Assembly: GCA_012727435.1 (NCBI GenBank)
Contig: JAAYHB010000015.1
Span: 107,197-171,196 of the forward strand
Source: Clostridiales bacterium
GTDB lineage: Bacteria > Bacillota > Clostridia > Oscillospirales > CAG-272
DNA length: 64,000 nucleotides
Reading direction: 5' to 3'
The position numbers and the translations under genes are program-made. Positions within the stretch are counted from its first letter, which is position 1; each line of letters starts with the position of its first letter. This document shows, in pieces, positions 35,240 through 44,492 of this stretch. A model generated the notes under the pieces. It searched no databases and was not told where the DNA came from. It was given only the letters and a program-made list of their open reading frames with translations.

Positions 35240-36733
35240 TTAATTCTGCTTTGACAGAGCTTCATTGATATTCTTTATTTTTGTATCAAGTGTCTTCTTG
35301 TATGTTTTGCTGACGGTCGCCCATGAGACGCCGGTGGTCATCGCCTTGCTCGGCATCTCGCTTATCCTGTTCAAATCCTCCGAAAAGATTCTGCCTAGGT
35401 CAAAGACAATCGAGCCGCGCACCACGTCGAACATTTCGGACTCGGTTTCGGTTGCCGAATACTTGAGCTTCATGCAGACCTCAAAGACCGCCGGGGTGGT
35501 AAGCCGGTATGCCTCGCTGCCCCAGCACTCGAGCACCGCAGAGCACATGATCTGGGTATCATCGTCGGCATCCTTCATGATGGCAAAGAGCGTGAAGGGA
35601 TTGCCGATTATTGTCGCATAGTTTTCCTGGTTTTGATCGTATTTCGGGTTCGGCACGATACCGAAATCCCAGTCGACATTGGTAAGGCTGCAGGGGCCGG
35701 CCGGATCAATCATGAAGGTACGGAGCTGGCAGGCCAGCGCGGTCCCGTTGGCGAAGGGCACGTAATAGTCAAGCGCAGCCCCGGACTTGCTCACATAGCA
35801 GGTATCGGTGGTAAGCCATCTGCCCAGCTTGTCGACAAGGTTAACCGCCCGCTCGCTGACAAAATCGTCGGAGATTTTGAGCAGACCGTCGGGATCATGC
35901 TCGACTAGCCACATTCCCGAGCCTGTATAGAAGGCGTCGGCATTATAGTATATTGTGGTAAACCCGTAGAAGTCGTCGTCAGACTGCTTGCCGTTGCCGT
36001 CTAGATCCTGATACTGGTTTGAAGTGATCTCAATCAGGCGGTCAAGCGTCCAGGTGTTGTTCTGCACATCGGTGGAGGGATACTGAATGCCGCGCTCGTC
36101 GAGCAGCTTTTTATTGTAGAATATCGCCGTCATGTAATGCAGAACGCTGGTCGCCGCATCGCCGGTTATAAAGTAAACCGAGTCCCCGATGGTCACGGTT
36201 TCAAGCATATTGTCGGGCCACCAGGGCTTTGAGAAGTCAAGATATGAGTCCTCGATTTTATTGATGTCGGCAAGATAGCCGTCAACCGCCAGAAGGCCGG
36301 CCGTGCGGCTGTAGGTCGCAATTATATCATATGCCCGCTCGCCGGCCGTATAACTTTTCTGAACCACACTTACAAAGTGTGACGTATTGCTGACATCTCC
36401 CGGCTCACCGTACCAGACAAGCTTTACCCCCAGCCGCTCCTCGATGTTGAGATTGCGGGCAAAAACCGCGTCGTTTGCCACATCACCGGTCTCTTTATCG
36501 GTGAAAAACTCAACCCGCTTGACTTCTGTCCAGTGAAGTATCCTCACATCCGAGTTGAAGTCTAACCCCTCGGGCAGATTATCCTTCTCATAGGTTTCCT
36601 CGCCCGGGGCTTCGGTCTCGTTACCAGAGACCGAAGGCGTGGTCTCGGTGTCGTTTTCAACCGGTTTGGTGCAGGAGACCACCGAGACGCAAATCAACAG
36701 CAAAATAAGAAATGCCGTGAATCTAATACCCAT
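35240..36733 (-). CDS. Extracellular solute-binding lipoprotein (ABC-type, family-1-like), orphan
   Basis: The signal peptide has the lipobox VVSC. The second ATG (36733) is preferred because GGGGGAGA abuts the first one (36739). The protein is paralogous to 46841..48313 (NNTWTLDRL/NGTWTLEKL, DLDGNG, GIVPNPKYDQNQENY/GILPIPKYDEQQENY). Confidence 0.8.
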   Translation of the reverse strand: MGIRFTAFLILLLICVSVVSCTKPVENDTETTPSVSGNETEAPGEETYEKDNLPEGLDFNSDVRILHWTEVKRVEFFTDKETGDVANDAVFARNLNIEERLGVKLVWYGEPGDVSNTSHFVSVVQKSYTAGERAYDIIATYSRTAGLLAVDGYLADINKIEDSYLDFSKPWWPDNMLETVTIGDSVYFITGDAATSVLHYMTAIFYNKKLLDERGIQYPSTDVQNNTWTLDRLIEITSNQYQDLDGNGKQSDDDFYGFTTIYYNADAFYTGSGMWLVEHDPDGLLKISDDFVSERAVNLVDKLGRWLTTDTCYVSKSGAALDYYVPFANGTALACQLRTFMIDPAGPCSLTNVDWDFGIVPNPKYDQNQENYATIIGNPFTLFAIMKDADDDTQIMCSAVLECWGSEAYRLTTPAVFEVCMKLKYSATETESEMFDVVRGSIVFDLGRIFSEDLNRISEMPSKAMTTGVSWATVSKTYKKTLDTKIKNINEALSKQN

Positions 36734-36765
36734 CGCCATTCTCCCCCTTTTTTTGTAGTGATAAC

Positions 36766-36794
36766 ATTATAACACTTTTTCCCTGTTTTTGCAA
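36766..36794 (-). promoter_or_regulatory. Promoter for the SBP lipoprotein gene
   Basis: The minus strand reads TTGCAA (36789-36794), a 17-nt spacer ending in TGT, then TATAAT (36766-36771). Confidence 0.5.
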
Positions 36795-36930
36795 TTATGA
36801 TTTTGTCAAAATTAGTGTGCCTGCAAAATTCCCGCGCACGGATTTATAATCTGCTATTATACATCGGTATATACATACGCGCAAAATCCGGTTTTTTTGT
36901 GGTTTTTGGGCGTAAATTTGAAAATATCCC

Positions 36931-36959
36931 TTGAAAATTCGGACATGGGGGAGTATAAT
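36931..36959 (+). promoter_or_regulatory. Promoter for upp
   Basis: TTGAAA (36931-36936), a 17-nt spacer, then TATAAT (36954-36959). Confidence 0.55.
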
Positions 36960-36991
36960 ATACTGGCAAACGAAGTTTAAGGAGAGCTACC

Positions 36992-37621
36992 ATGGGCCAG
37001 TTTCATCTTATCGACCATCCGCTGATAACTCATAAGCTGACAATCATGAGAAATAAAAAGACGGGCTCGAAGGATTTCCGCGAACTGCTCAATGAGATTT
37101 CGCTGCTTATGGGCTATGAGCTGACGCGCGACCTGCCGCTTGAGGAAGTTACAATCGAGACCCCGATAACCAAGACAAAGGCCAAGATGATTTCGGGCAA
37201 AAAGCTTGCCATTGTTCCGATACTTCGCGCCGGCCTCGGGATGGTCGACGGATTGATGTCGCTGGTGCCGGTGGCAAAGATAGGACATATCGGGCTCTAC
37301 CGTGACCCCGAGACGCACAAGCCGGTCGATTACTACTGCAAGCTTCCATATGATATAGAACAGAGAATAGTAATTCTTGTTGATCCCATGCTGGCCACAG
37401 GCGGCTCGGCGTCAGAAGCCATTTCGATGATAAAGAGCCGCGGCTGCACGCATATCCGGGTGATGTGCATCGTGGCGGCTCCCGAGGGCGTGGCGAGAAT
37501 TCAGACCGATCATCCCGACGTCGATATATACGCGGCCGCCCTTGACGACTATCTGAATGACCACGCATATATAGTCCCGGGACTGGGAGACGCCGGCGAC
37601 AGAATTTTCGGCACAAAATGA
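36992..37621 (+). CDS. upp: Uracil phosphoribosyltransferase
   Basis: Motifs seen are [30 protein letters not shown] and DPMLATGGS (PRPP loop). Confidence 0.95.
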   Translation: MGQFHLIDHPLITHKLTIMRNKKTGSKDFRELLNEISLLMGYELTRDLPLEEVTIETPITKTKAKMISGKKLAIVPILRAGLGMVDGLMSLVPVAKIGHIGLYRDPETHKPVDYYCKLPYDIEQRIVILVDPMLATGGSASEAISMIKSRGCTHIRVMCIVAAPEGVARIQTDHPDVDIYAAALDDYLNDHAYIVPGLGDAGDRIFGTK

Positions 37622-37714
37622 GAAACCCGAATAGACGAGTGGAGGGCGATTTACGTTGCCCTCCCTTCATATAATTACACAAAACAAGCGCCCGGTGACG
37701 GCGCGGGAGTAAAC

Positions 37715-38677
37715 ATGCGCACACTGAAAATAACGCGCAACGACGCCGGACAGAGGCTTGACAAGTTCCTTGCCAAAGCAGTGAGCGGGCTTCCGGCCTC
37801 TCTTATGTACAAGTATATCAGGACCAAGAAAATAAAGGTCAATAATGCCCGCTGTGAGCAGGGCTATATTCTTGCCGAGGGCGACGAGGTCCAGCTCTAT
37901 ATAAAAGACGAGTTTTTCAGCCCGCCGGAGCGTAATGCCATGACGCTCGGCTCGATTGTGCCGAAGCTCTCGGTTATATATGAAGACGACAATATCATGC
38001 TTCTCAACAAGCGGCCGGGGGTGCTGGTGCACGAGGACGCCGGGGGCAATACCAATACGCTTATCATGCACATATGGGCATACCTATACCAGAAGGGCGA
38101 GTATGACCCGGCGGCCGAGCTGTCGTTCACCCCGGCGCTCTGCAACCGCATAGACCGCAATACCGGCGGCATCGTCATTGCCGCCAAGAACGCCGCCGCC
38201 CTGCGCGAGATGAACGAGAGAATCAGGCTCGGTGAGGTCGGCAAATATTATATCTGTGCGGTTCACGGCACACCGCCCCGACCGGCCGCAACACTCCGCG
38301 CCTGGCTCAGAAAGGACAGCGAGCGAAATATAGTCACGATATCCGACACAAAAATTCCGGGCAGCAGGGAGATTATTACCAAATACCGTGTGATTGCCAG
38401 CCGGGGCGGTGACTCGTTGCTTGAGGTCGAGCTGATTACAGGGCGGACCCACCAGATCCGCGCGCAACTCTCGCATATCGGCTGCCCGCTGCTCGGAGAG
38501 GGAAAGTATGCAAAAAACCGCGAGGACAAAAGAAGAGGGTACAAGCATCAGGCCCTTTATGCGTGGCGTATCCGCTTTAATTTTGCAAAAGATTACGATG
38601 GTATTCTGAAATACCTTCGCGGCAGGGAGTTTTCGCTGCCCGGGGAGGAGATATGGTTTCTGAAGGATTTTTCGTAG
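37715..38677 (+). CDS. RluA-family pseudouridine synthase with an S4-like N-terminus
   Basis: Motifs seen are GQRLDKFL, NRIDRNTGGIV (catalytic Asp) and GRTHQIRAQL. Confidence 0.88.
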   Translation: MRTLKITRNDAGQRLDKFLAKAVSGLPASLMYKYIRTKKIKVNNARCEQGYILAEGDEVQLYIKDEFFSPPERNAMTLGSIVPKLSVIYEDDNIMLLNKRPGVLVHEDAGGNTNTLIMHIWAYLYQKGEYDPAAELSFTPALCNRIDRNTGGIVIAAKNAAALREMNERIRLGEVGKYYICAVHGTPPRPAATLRAWLRKDSERNIVTISDTKIPGSREIITKYRVIASRGGDSLLEVELITGRTHQIRAQLSHIGCPLLGEGKYAKNREDKRRGYKHQALYAWRIRFNFAKDYDGILKYLRGREFSLPGEEIWFLKDFS

Positions 38678-40266
38678 ACAGCCTGAAAAAGTTTGCCGGG
38701 GGCCGTGCGGGACGGCTGCTTTTGCTGTTTTTGGGCGGTGCTCTGACCGGACTGACGCTGATTTTCAACGAAGTGGGTCTTTTCGAGTGGCTGATGCTGG
38801 TTCCGGCGGCTTATGTGCTGGTCGATCTTGCGCGGCGCCAGGATACAAAGCTCAAATCCTCATACGGGTACGGATTTGTTTTTTTCATGAGCTTTTACCT
38901 TGTTATTTACCACTGGTTCATCTATCTCTACCCGCTCGAGTTCACCGGCATGAGCCGCATCTCGGCGGCAATCGTTGTGCTGACCGGTTCGGTGGGCATG
39001 CCTCTCTTGCAGTCGCTTTGCGGCGGGCTGGTTTTTGTCATGACGGTGTTGCTCGGCAGGACCAGAATGGTGAGAAAACATCCGACAATGATTCCCTTCC
39101 TTGCGGCCTCCTTGTGGGTGATTTTTGAATGGAGCCAGACCCAATACTGGTCCGGAGTGCCCTGGGGAAGGCTTGCCATAGGACAGTGCAATATGCCGGC
39201 AATGATAGGGACGGCCTCGCTTTTGGGATCGTATTTGATAACCTTCTTTCTTGTTGCGGTGAATTTTTCTCTTGCCACAGCGCTGTATGAAAAGCCAAAA
39301 GCCGGGCTCTGCATATCGCTTGCCGTCGGGATGTTTGTATTCAACGCCGGCATGGGCGGGCTGCTGAATTATCTTGACGCCAAAAAGCCCGAGGAGATAA
39401 TTACCGCCGCCGTGATTCAGCCGAATATCGGCTCGGCCGACAAATGGGACATTGAGCTCTCCGAGATAGTCGATATCTGCGAGAGTTATACCCTCGAAGC
39501 TGCGGTATCCAACCCGGATTTGATAATCTGGCCGGAGACGGCGGTACCGGTCGTGCTCCAGACCAGCCCCAATACCACCCGGCGGCTGTCCGAGATGTCG
39601 GTTGAGTGCGGGATTCCTGTTCTTGTCGGGATGTTTACCGAGGACGAGAAGGGGCGCGATTACAACTCGCTCGTGCTGTTTGAGCCAGACGGGAGTTACG
39701 GCGAGCAGGTTTATTCAAAGCGCCGGCTTGTGCCCTTTGCCGAGTTTATCCCCTGGCGCAGCTTTTTCACCTTTCTGATTCCGCCGCTGACCGAAATTGC
39801 CATGCTTGAGGAGGACGTTTACCCCGGGCGGGACAGCGGCCTGATAGAGTCGGGCGGTGTGGTGCTGGGCCCGTTTATCTGCTTTGATTCTATATACGAG
39901 AGCCTTACAATCGAGACTCTGCGCGACGGTGCGCAGATTCTGGTGCTTTCGACCAATGACTCGTGGTTCTACGATTCGGCCGCCGGGCGGATGCATCTTT
40001 CGCAGGCCAAGCTGCGCGCCGTCGAGAGCCGGCGCTGGGTGCTGCGGGCGGCAAATACCGGAATCTCGGCGGTAATAACGCCGTCGGGACAGGCAACTCA
40101 GATTCTCAGGCCGCTTGTAGGGGGCTATATCGTCGCCCAGGTGGGTGTCAGAGATAATATGACGCTCTACATGAGGGTCGGGAACATAATAGTCGCCGCC
40201 GCGGCGCTTTTCTGCCTCTTGCCGCTTTTTGCGGGGCTCTGCCCCCGCTCAAGGAACTTTTTTTAA
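38653..40266 (+). CDS. lnt: Apolipoprotein N-acyltransferase
   Basis: It has an N-terminal polytopic domain and a CN-hydrolase domain. The E-K-C contexts are LIIWPETAVP, YSKRRLVPFAEFIP and PFICFDSIYE. It overlaps the rluA-family gene by 25 nt. The last 9 codons or so lie in a REP-like repeat. Confidence 0.85.
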   Translation: MVSEGFFVDSLKKFAGGRAGRLLLLFLGGALTGLTLIFNEVGLFEWLMLVPAAYVLVDLARRQDTKLKSSYGYGFVFFMSFYLVIYHWFIYLYPLEFTGMSRISAAIVVLTGSVGMPLLQSLCGGLVFVMTVLLGRTRMVRKHPTMIPFLAASLWVIFEWSQTQYWSGVPWGRLAIGQCNMPAMIGTASLLGSYLITFFLVAVNFSLATALYEKPKAGLCISLAVGMFVFNAGMGGLLNYLDAKKPEEIITAAVIQPNIGSADKWDIELSEIVDICESYTLEAAVSNPDLIIWPETAVPVVLQTSPNTTRRLSEMSVECGIPVLVGMFTEDEKGRDYNSLVLFEPDGSYGEQVYSKRRLVPFAEFIPWRSFFTFLIPPLTEIAMLEEDVYPGRDSGLIESGGVVLGPFICFDSIYESLTIETLRDGAQILVLSTNDSWFYDSAAGRMHLSQAKLRAVESRRWVLRAANTGISAVITPSGQATQILRPLVGGYIVAQVGVRDNMTLYMRVGNIIVAAAALFCLLPLFAGLCPRSRNFF

Positions 40267-40283
40267 AAGCTCATTGAGAATCC
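40231..40283 (+). repeat. REP-like repeat, copy 2 (overlaps the 3' end of lnt)
   Basis: GCGGGGCTCTGCCCCCG is followed by CTCAAGGAAC-tttttttaaaag-CTCATTGAG and GAATC. Compare the reverse complement of copy 1: ACGGGGGCTCTGCCCCCGTGCCCCCGCTTAAGGGACTTTTTGGGAACAGTTCCTTAAGAATC. Confidence 0.55.
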
Positions 40284-40305
40284 TCCAAAAACTTCACAAA
40301 ACAAA

Positions 40306-40331
40306 TAGCGCGGGAGATGGAGCCCGCGCTA
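40306..40331. terminator. Hairpin between convergent lnt and the SDR gene
   Basis: TAGCGCGGG-agatggag-CCCGCGCTA forms a perfect 9-bp stem. There is no clean U-tract. Confidence 0.4.
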
Positions 40332-40392
40332 CTTAATTTGCGATAATATTAGTTGTAGCTATATCGGGGTGTAGGGCAGCGCCCCGCGCGTG

Positions 40393-40426
40393 TCCTTAAG
40401 CGGAGGCACGGGGGCAGAGCCCCCGT
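40393..40426 (-). repeat. REP-like repeat, copy 3 (directly after the stop of the SDR gene)
   Basis: TCCTTAAGCGGAGGCACGGGGGCAGAGCCCCCGT is nearly identical to 12017-12051 and is inverted relative to copy 2. Confidence 0.65.
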
Positions 40427-40430
40427 AAAA

Positions 40431-41147
40431 CTATACACCAAACCCCCCGTCGACACCGAGAATCTGCGCGGTGATAAACGCCGCGTCGTCGGAGGCGAGA
40501 AAGAACACCGCGGCCGCGACGTCGGCGGGGGCCCCCAGCCGGCCGAGCGGGGTCTCGTCAATCAGCGATCGGCAGGCCGACGCCGGGAGCTCGGCGTTCA
40601 TGTCGGTGTCGATGACCCCCGGCTCAATGCAGTTGACCGTGATGCCCGAGGGCCCGAGCTCTTTTGCCAGCGCCCGGGTGAACCCGCGCAGCGCCGATTT
40701 GGTCGCCGAGTAGGCGACCTCACAGGACCCGCCCGCACGCCCCCAGACAGAGCCGATATTGATAATCCGCCCGTAGTGCTGTGAGATCATGTGCCGGGCT
40801 GCCACGCGGGTGACATATATTGTGCCCGAAAGGTTTGTGCCGCAGAGCATATTCCAGTCCCGGTCGGATAGCTCGGTGAAAAGGCCGGAGCGGGCAACCC
40901 CGGCATTGTTGACCAGCACGTCAATTCCGCCGAGGATTTCGACAGCCTCGGTTACCGCACGGGAAGCCGCTTCGGGGTCGGATATGTCGGCTTGGATCGG
41001 AGTGGCGCCGGTCCTTTGCGCAAGGCAGGCCGCCTCTATTTTGCTTTCTTTATAAATAAACGCCACCCGCCAGCCCGAGGCGGAAAATTTTATTACACAC
41101 CCGGCTCCGATGCCCCGCGAGCCGCCGGTTATCAAAACTCTCTTCAT
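40431..41147 (-). CDS. SDR-family oxidoreductase (FabG-like)
   Basis: Motifs seen are ITGGSRGIG, NNAG and YSATK. Confidence 0.85.
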   Translation of the reverse strand: MKRVLITGGSRGIGAGCVIKFSASGWRVAFIYKESKIEAACLAQRTGATPIQADISDPEAASRAVTEAVEILGGIDVLVNNAGVARSGLFTELSDRDWNMLCGTNLSGTIYVTRVAARHMISQHYGRIINIGSVWGRAGGSCEVAYSATKSALRGFTRALAKELGPSGITVNCIEPGVIDTDMNAELPASACRSLIDETPLGRLGAPADVAAAVFFLASDDAAFITAQILGVDGGFGV

Positions 41148-41173
41148 TTTGTTATACCTTCCTGAATAATAGT

Positions 41174-42082
41174 TTACCCGCTTTTCGGGGTCACGATGAC
41201 CCCGTCGGATACAAAAACAATGCTCCCACCCCCCGGCTCGTCGGTTCTAAATACCGTCACCCCCGCATTCATGAGCTTTTGCAGGGTGACGGCGTGCGGG
41301 TGGCCGTAGCTGTTGCCCCGGCCGCAGGAGATGACGGCATATTTCGGCGAGACTGCGGTGAGAAATTCCGGGGAGGTTGAGGTGTCCGAGCCGTGGTGCC
41401 CGACTTTGAGCAGGTCACATTTGAGCATATCGTTGCCATATGTGGCAAGTATTTCAGCCTCGGAGACAGTCTCGGCGTCGCCGGTCAGAAGAAACGAGGT
41501 TTGTCCGTACTCAATTTTCAGGACAATGCTGTTGTCGTTTGTGTTCTTGTAATCCGGGGAATTCGGGGCAAGGATTGTCGCCTTAATTTCGCCGAGAGTG
41601 AATTTTGCGCCGGTTTCAGCTACAATCACCTCGGCACCCGACTCGTCAATGGCTTCCATCATCCGGTTGTAAGTCGCGCTGTTATATGTACAGTCGGGCA
41701 AAATGACACTGCCGACCGTGAAATCGGTTAGAATCATGTCGGCGCCCCCTATATGGTCCTCGTGCGGGTGAGTGAAGACAGCGTATTCAAAGCCAGTCAC
41801 TCCAAGCCGTTCAAGGTAATCCGAAAGCGTCTCCTCGGCGGCGCCCGGCCCCGCGTCGACCAGCATATTGCCGCTGTCTGTCCGAATTAGGATGCTGTCG
41901 CCCTGCCCCACGTTGATAAAGTGGACCTCAATTGAACCGGAGACAATCGCAGCCGGCGTCGTGTCCTTCCGCAGTATATGAGGGAATGCCATATATGCTG
42001 CAACCAGCAATATGGCAATCACTATAACCGGTGGCAGAAGTCTGCGGGCTTTTCGGATAAATCGGCCTCTTTTTCTCGGCAT
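41174..42082 (-). CDS. MBL-fold metallo-hydrolase, ComEC C-terminal-domain-like, membrane-anchored
   Basis: It has an N-terminal TM segment. Motifs seen are HFINVGQGDSILI, THPHEDHIGG and GHHGS. GGAGG lies 7 nt before ATG 42082. Confidence 0.8.
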   Translation of the reverse strand: MPRKRGRFIRKARRLLPPVIVIAILLVAAYMAFPHILRKDTTPAAIVSGSIEVHFINVGQGDSILIRTDSGNMLVDAGPGAAEETLSDYLERLGVTGFEYAVFTHPHEDHIGGADMILTDFTVGSVILPDCTYNSATYNRMMEAIDESGAEVIVAETGAKFTLGEIKATILAPNSPDYKNTNDNSIVLKIEYGQTSFLLTGDAETVSEAEILATYGNDMLKCDLLKVGHHGSDTSTSPEFLTAVSPKYAVISCGRGNSYGHPHAVTLQKLMNAGVTVFRTDEPGGGSIVFVSDGVIVTPKSG

Positions 42083-42287
42083 ACAGGGACCTCCGAGTTA
42101 GTTTTCTAAGACATAATACCATAAATTGCGGTAGAATACAATATTCATCAGTGATATGTGCTAAAATGTGGAGGTCTATCGTAAATTTGCGCACTCAACT
42201 TCTATTTGCCGCTTTCCTGCTTGTTTTTGAATATACATAAAATCCGCACTTAAAAGCCATAAAAAACCGGGTTTTGCGCGATACTTC

Positions 42288-42316
42288 TTTACAACACAAA
42301 AAAAGGATGATACAAT
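42288..42316 (+). promoter_or_regulatory. Promoter for mtaB
   Basis: TTTACA, a 17-nt spacer ending in TGA, then TACAAT. Confidence 0.45.
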
Positions 42317-42346
42317 TATTTTGTTGTATAAGAAAGGCGGTTTTTT

Positions 42347-43660
42347 ATGTCGGAGAAGCATACGGTCGGGATATACACCCTCGGTTGCAAAGTAAATCAG
42401 TATGAAAGCCAGGCGATAGCCGAGAAGTGCGAGGCGCTCGGCCTTTTAGTGCTGCCTCCCGAAGAAAAATGCGACGCCTATATAATAAACACCTGCACCG
42501 TGACCGGCGAGGCCGACCGAAAGGCGCGCCAATATATACGCCGCGCGATATCACAGAACCCCGAGGCCGTGATCATCGTCACCGGCTGCTTCTCGCAGCT
42601 CAACCCAGAAACCGTGGCCCAAATCCCGGGCGTGGACTATGTTTGCGGCAACACAAACAAGCTAGTGGCAGCCGAGGCGGTGGTCGACTTGCTGAATGAA
42701 AGGGAAAAGAGACTTGTGCCCGAAATTTACGTCTCTGACGTCAGGGCCGCCGGATTTGAGCCTATGCGTATCAAAAGCTTCGGGCGCACGCGCGCTTTTC
42801 TGAAGATTGAGGACGGCTGCGACTCAAACTGCGCTTATTGCATTATTCCCGCGGCGCGCGGGAAAGTACGCTCAAAGCCCCCGGCCGAGGTTATTAGCGA
42901 GGTCATAGCACTCGCCGGGGCAGGCTGCTACGAAGTGGTGCTCACCGGGATTGAAACCGCGGCCTACGGGCGGGATATCGGTACCGACCTGGCTTCGCTG
43001 CTCGAGGAAATAGACCGCATCGAAGGTATCACGCGGGTGAGGTTGGGCTCGCTCGACCCCGCCCTGCTCAGGCCGCGCTTTATCGAGCGGATTTCAAAAC
43101 TGCGCTCGCTGGCCTCGCATTTCCACCTCTCGATGCAGAGCGGATGCGACCGGGTGCTGGCGCTGATGCGCCGGAAATACAACACCAAAACGGCAAGCCG
43201 GGCAATGGCCGATATACGGTCGGCCTTCCCGGAGGTGCAGTTTACCGCCGACATGATAATCGGGTTTCCCGGCGAAACCGACTCGGATTTTGAGGAGACC
43301 CTCGACTTTGTCAGGTCGGCTAAATTCCTATCAATTCACGTGTTCCCCTATTCCCGCCGGCCGGGGACCGATGCCGCCCTCTTCCCCGGGCAGGTGCCGG
43401 CAGCCGTAAAAAAACAGCGCTGGAAAGCGCTTGACAGGCTTCAGGGCGAAATCCGGCGGGGTATACTTGACGAAATCATCGCAAACTCGCCTTATCAGGA
43501 GGTATTGTTTGAGAACCCTGATGAGAAAGAGGTCTTCGGGCACACGGCATCCTTTATCGGAGTAAGCGTACCCGGCCCCCTGCCCGGCAATAATCCGCTT
43601 CGCCGCGTGAAGCTCGAGCGCCACGACGGGCTGATATGCTTCGGCAGCCTTGCGGAATGA
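42347..43660 (+). CDS. mtaB: tRNA t6A37 methylthiotransferase MtaB (radical SAM)
   Basis: Motifs seen are YTLGCKVNQYESQAI, NTCTVT and the radical-SAM cluster CDSNCAYCIIP. Confidence 0.88.
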   Translation: MSEKHTVGIYTLGCKVNQYESQAIAEKCEALGLLVLPPEEKCDAYIINTCTVTGEADRKARQYIRRAISQNPEAVIIVTGCFSQLNPETVAQIPGVDYVCGNTNKLVAAEAVVDLLNEREKRLVPEIYVSDVRAAGFEPMRIKSFGRTRAFLKIEDGCDSNCAYCIIPAARGKVRSKPPAEVISEVIALAGAGCYEVVLTGIETAAYGRDIGTDLASLLEEIDRIEGITRVRLGSLDPALLRPRFIERISKLRSLASHFHLSMQSGCDRVLALMRRKYNTKTASRAMADIRSAFPEVQFTADMIIGFPGETDSDFEETLDFVRSAKFLSIHVFPYSRRPGTDAALFPGQVPAAVKKQRWKALDRLQGEIRRGILDEIIANSPYQEVLFENPDEKEVFGHTASFIGVSVPGPLPGNNPLRRVKLERHDGLICFGSLAE

Positions 43661-43679
43661 AAATTAACAGTCGCCAAAA

Positions 43680-44480
43680 ATGGCAAGAAACAAGGACTCC
43701 TATATGAACTGGAATTCCGAACAATATCTTAAATTCAAAGCCGAGCGCACGCAGCCGGCAATAGATCTGGTAAACCGCATCAATTTGGCCAGTCCAAAAA
43801 AAATTCTGGATGTGGGTTGCGGTCCCGGAAACAGTACCGAGGTTCTGTACAATAAATATCCGGATGCCTATATCCTCGGAGTTGACAAATCCGAGGAAAT
43901 GATAAGAGCTGCAAAAACTAATTGCCCGAACCTCGATTTCAGAATATGTGACGTCACAAAAGACCTGTCACAACTTGATGACGATTTTGATATTGTTTTC
44001 TCAAATGCATGTATTCAGTGGGTGCCAGACCATCAAAAGCTTCTGGAGAATTTGTTAAATCTTTTGAAAAAAGACGGTGTCCTGGCAGTTCAGATTCCGA
44101 TGAATCTTAGCGAGCCTATCCAGCAAGCCCTTGATGAGCTTGCGACCTCACAAAAATGGAGAAAATACTTCCCGAACCCCCGGATTTTCTATACGCTCGG
44201 TCAGAGCGAATACTACGATCTGTTATCCGAAATATCCGAAGAATTTTGTGTTTGGGAAACGGTTTATTATCATATTATGAAATCCCATAATGATATTCTG
44301 GAATGGTATCGGGGTACCGGCTTGAGGCCTTACCTCAGTGCCCTGCCTGATGTCAAAAAAGCAGAATTTGAAAACGAGCTGATGAAAATTTTAGTTCAAA
44401 GATATCCCAGACAAAAAAACGGGGATGTTATTTTCAGGTTTCCGAGGTTCTTTTTTGTTGCATATCCGAAAAGTAATTGA
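43680..44480 (+). CDS. Class I SAM-dependent methyltransferase, trans-aconitate methyltransferase (Tam)-like
   Basis: Motifs seen are WNSEQYLKFKAERTQPAIDL, ILDVGCGPGNST and FSNACIQWVPDH. Codon usage is clearly A/T-rich compared with neighbouring genes. Confidence 0.75.
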   Translation: MARNKDSYMNWNSEQYLKFKAERTQPAIDLVNRINLASPKKILDVGCGPGNSTEVLYNKYPDAYILGVDKSEEMIRAAKTNCPNLDFRICDVTKDLSQLDDDFDIVFSNACIQWVPDHQKLLENLLNLLKKDGVLAVQIPMNLSEPIQQALDELATSQKWRKYFPNPRIFYTLGQSEYYDLLSEISEEFCVWETVYYHIMKSHNDILEWYRGTGLRPYLSALPDVKKAEFENELMKILVQRYPRQKNGDVIFRFPRFFFVAYPKSN

Positions 44481-44492
44481 GAAGGAACGGTT

